64,000 nt of DNA from Paramoeba atlantica (Eukaryota > Protista > Discosea), in the NCBI GenBank assembly GCA_977017575.1, contig CDRNVI010000090.1:62001-126000 (forward strand), written 5' to 3'. Made by a program: the position numbers and the translations under genes. Positions within the stretch are counted from its first letter, which is position 1. Every line of letters begins with the position of its first letter. The notes beneath the pieces are model-generated. The model made no database searches, was not told where the DNA came from, and saw only the letters and a program-made list of their open reading frames with translations. Of this stretch, positions 60,827-64,000 are shown one piece after another.

Positions 60827-60960
60827 GAAGAATAAAGAAAAGAATAGTTAGAGTATACAGCATAGATATTGGGATTATAGTAGAATAGAACTAGAAACGA
60901 ATTTCCAAAAATAGACTTTTGGTGCACTGGATATGATAATCCACCGTTTCTTTATAAGTA

Positions 60961-61046
60961 AAGGGATGTAAATTTGGATGTGGGGGGGTCTAAAATTTGT
61001 AAAACTTGGCCAATTTTGGAAAATAGTTGCGCATTCGAGAGCTCTC
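60961..61046. mobile_element. Diverged solo copy of the Tc1-like TIR
   Basis: TA|...GTGGGGGGGTCTAAAATTTGTAAAACTTGGCCAATTTTGGAAAATAGTTGCGCATTCGAGAGCTCTC aligns with 62087-62173. Confidence 0.75.
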
Positions 61047-61431
61047 CAACTGGGCTCATGAACGTGCATGTTTTTCTGATTTCTCCCCTGATTCATGCTA
61101 CAAAGACGGGGTTGTGGGCGATCACCCGAACACAAAAACTACGAAAGGGTTTATTCTCCCGTATAAACTTTATTAAAGGGGGTGCTGATGCATCATTTGG
61201 AATGAAAACGGAGGTATGAAGGGGGGGGGGTCACCCTCTGAAATACAAAAGTGGGTGGCAGCACTATCCATTGGATAGTGGATATTCCAACACGTTACAT
61301 CGTGTGCTGTGCTAATGTTCCGACATAAATCTTGAAATTCATTCTTTTCTTCGTTGTAACGCATTTTGTTTTTGCTGCTCACTTCGAATTCTGCCATATA
61401 CCATACACCACAGACGCGTTGCCCCCCTGTT

Positions 61432-61567
61432 GTTGGTAACCTGTCCTGGGCTGTGAAGCTGCCCTAAGAGCTTGGCTTGGCGCTTCACGGGCCCAAAGAT
61501 CATCCGAGGGCGCACAGGTGTGTTTTCCAGGCGTCGCGTGGATACTCTCTGAGCATAATAATCCACC
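61432..61567 (-). pseudogene. Second, diverged and internally deleted IS30-like fragment
   Basis: QRVSTRRLENTPVRPRMIFGPVKRQAKLLGQLHSPGQVTN is homologous to 60650-60535; it shares the upstream motif GGTGGATTAT with 60945-60936. Confidence 0.75.
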
Positions 61568-62086
61568 AGGTACACTGCGAAGGTGACAGTCTGTTCTATG
61601 AGGCAGCCGTATTCGGTCGAGTTTTAAAAAAAAGAGAAACAAAGTTTTTTAAAGTTTTATAGTAAAGTAAAGTAAATAAAGTACTATATAGTAACTTTAT
61701 TCGCAAAATTAAACTTTATTTTACTTTATTAAAGTTTCCGCGAACCCTGCTATCCAAAGCCCTCCGATATGGCAAACATATTTTCTTATCTCCCGTATTT
61801 TATGTTGTGGGTAACACCGAGTACCACGCGTACGGTACGCCAGTACGGTACTCAGGTACTCAAGACCCTAGATACTCGCGAATGTATGATAATAATATTC
61901 AAAGTATTTTGCATGGTTTTACTTAATTTCAATAGCCTACACAGTTTATGAGGACAAGGGTTGCTGAAAATCACCACAGTTTCTGACGACCGCTGAGTTA
62001 ACTCCACGTGTTCTCGACGTTCCGAGAACAGTGTTTTGTTGGTTCTGAGAACAAGAACGTGTTCTTGCTCTCAGAACAACAATGTA

Positions 62087-63211
62087 CAGGGGTGCGAATC
62101 TAAAGGTGGGGGGGGTCTAAAATTCGTAAAAATTGTCCAATTTTGGAATATAATAGCGCATTGGATAGCTCTCACAGAGTTGTATGTTTTAGGATAGGTA
62201 GCTTCCGGGGTTTGGGGGGTACCCCCCTTTCATGTAAGGGTCAAAAACACATATTGCAATACTTTAGTGATGTCAATAATTTCTGTAATTTGGATTGCAA
62301 AAGACAATTAATAACCACAGTGCCCCCCGTTCCGACTAATAACAATTTCACAACGCTTCCTGAAACTCTTCAACGTTTTCTGAACCGTTGCAGAGTGGGT
62401 CTGTTTCAATTTAAGGAAAGACCCCTCAATAGCGGCTTCCAGTTGCTGTCGATTTCGGGGTTGAAGAAGATTTTTGTCTGTGTCCATCACAGACCACAAT
62501 TTTTCGATCGGATTCAGGTCTGGAGATTTTGCAGCCCAGGGAAGAACGGAAATTCCTGTATCACGGAACGTGGCACGCGCCTTGTTGTGGGCCGGGCAGT
62601 TGTCCATGGCAATCGTGGCCGCTGGATGTCGCTTTAGATATTGAAGAAAGCCCCGTGGCTTTTTCATAGCCTGATCAAAAATTTCACCCGTAACGGTGAG
62701 TTTCTGGCCTTCTGAATTTTGAGGAGGGAAAATATGAAGATGGAAGCCGTGTTTGAGGGGTAACCACCGTCGAAACACGCTCTCGGGATGCCGTTAACAC
62801 GTCACCCGTAAGGGTAAAACGTTCAACCCAGCGTTTTACAGTGTTCTTATGAACACCAAAGTGCTGTGCCGCAGCGGAGTACGATCCTGTGCGCTCGTAT
62901 TCCGCCACCAAGCATTTCAGCATGCGGTGGCTCTCTTTGACGGGGGCGGGGGAAGAATACGATCTATCGCTCAGTCCTCCACGGGAAGTCCTCGAGCGAG
63001 CGCGCTTTTGGAGCATTTTCTAGTAAAAAATGTAATTTCTGCAAAGGAAAAAAGAGAAATATGGTATCAAAAAATATGTACGTTAAAATCACAGGATTTT
63101 AATGCGCCTAAAACATACAACTCTGTGAGAGCTATCCAATGTGCTATTATTTTCCAAAATTGGACAACTTTTACGAATTTTAGACCCCCCACCTTTAGAC
63201 CCGCACCCCTG
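62087..63211 (-). mobile_element. Tc1/IS630-like DNA transposon, internally deleted, 1125 bp
   Basis: TIRs 62087-62193 and 63107-63211 (CAGGGGTGCG...), TA duplication at 62085-86 and 63212-13. HTH (SYSAAAQHFGVHKNTVKRWVERF) and catalytic MDNCPAH...WAAKSPDLNPIEKLW; the first Asp region is missing. Confidence 0.92.
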
Positions 63212-63454
63212 TATGTAAATCTCTAGTTTTTAGAAACCTTTTGTATTACTATAAATAATTCTGTATTACGGACATAAAGTATTCAAAAAAATAAGATAAA
63301 AATATATAGAATACCATTTTTGGGATTGTTTCTCTTCCAAAATTGAGAGAAGGGGGGAAGGTGAACATTTCTCATTATCCTGCTTTGAGAGCTTCTAGGA
63401 TTTCATAGGAGAAATGCCTCCGAAATTTTTTCTAGTTTGAACCCTCTTACTCTA

Positions 63455-63750
63455 AACCATGTTCCAGGATAGTATACCCGTGCTCACTAAGTCCCAAGGC
63501 CACTTAGTATACCCCCCTCCCAACATCAGGAGCGGGAGATGTCCTTTTTTTGGAAGCGACAAAACTTTTCTAGCAAGCAACTTTTCTTCACACGGTAAGA
63601 AATCGAATTTTAAGGTCAAGGCACCATTTTTCTAGCAAATACAGATAAGGAACGCGATTTTTGTTTTGCTTTTTAGGCAAAATTTAGTACTACTTAGTAT
63701 ACCGTACCCACTTAGTATACCTACTAGGTGCACTATCCTGGAACGTGGCT
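63455..63750. mobile_element. 296-bp MITE with 23-bp TIRs (19/23) and TA flanks
   Basis: TA|AACCATGTTCCAGGATAGTATAC ... GTGCACTATCCTGGAACGTGGCT|TA; internal ACTTAGTATACC x3. Confidence 0.7.
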
Positions 63751-64000
63751 TATATTCCTTTTAAATTACTTCTCAATCAATGCAAACTTACGTTTAGTAC
63801 GTTGTGCCTGTGGCCACGTATTGTGCAGTATAGCTAGTTATTGTTTATATACGTATAGCTAGTTATTGTTCCAGGGGGGGGGCAACAATGGATTAAAACA
63901 ATGTTTTAAAAAAATAAGAAGACGAATAAAAAAGACGAATGAACAAAAATAATTAATGGTAGACTGCGCGGGAGTAGACTGCGCGCAGGGCGAACCGACC

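Noticed and set aside
1-64000. Spliced-leader RNA, tRNA or rRNA genes
   Set aside because: No ACAGTTTCTGTACT-like SL core found (ACAGTTTC near 4955, 46140 and 61977 is not followed by TGTACT); no cloverleaf or rRNA signature seen by eye. A covariance-model scan would be needed to exclude them fully.

Overview
Eukaryotic, almost certainly kinetoplastid-type DNA (inferred from about 26 intronless genes all on the + strand over 1-54685, plus trypanosomatid-like TOP2 and eL29 sequences). The conserved cluster encodes DLST (partial), NOC2, ALG12, an RS/CID-like protein, POLA2, an MFS transporter, IWS1, a C9orf85-like protein, a 1785-aa protein, Ataxin-2/Pbp1, a NIF-family HAD protein, an Sm-fold protein, an alpha/beta hydrolase, SEC8, TOP2, SAP30BP, RPL29, two J-proteins, a Sec1-family protein and GUF1. 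Two accessory zones (about 24.6-28.4 kb and 54.7-64 kb) hold decayed mobile DNA. It includes a non-LTR reverse transcriptase relic missed by the ORF track, two pogo-like transposase relics (one followed by a Ulp1/C48-like protease), a full-length but frameshifted bacterial-type IS30 transposase (DD33E) with a second diverged partial copy, a Tc1-like element with ~105-bp TIRs and TA duplication, several ~200-310 bp MITEs, a dispersed ~400-bp repeat and a G-rich minisatellite. The most striking points are IS30 and other class II transposons resident in a kinetoplastid-like genome, all TE reading frames lying antisense to the gene cluster, and splice-acceptor-like signals upstream of two transposases. 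All family assignments come from motif recognition by eye; no database searches were run.
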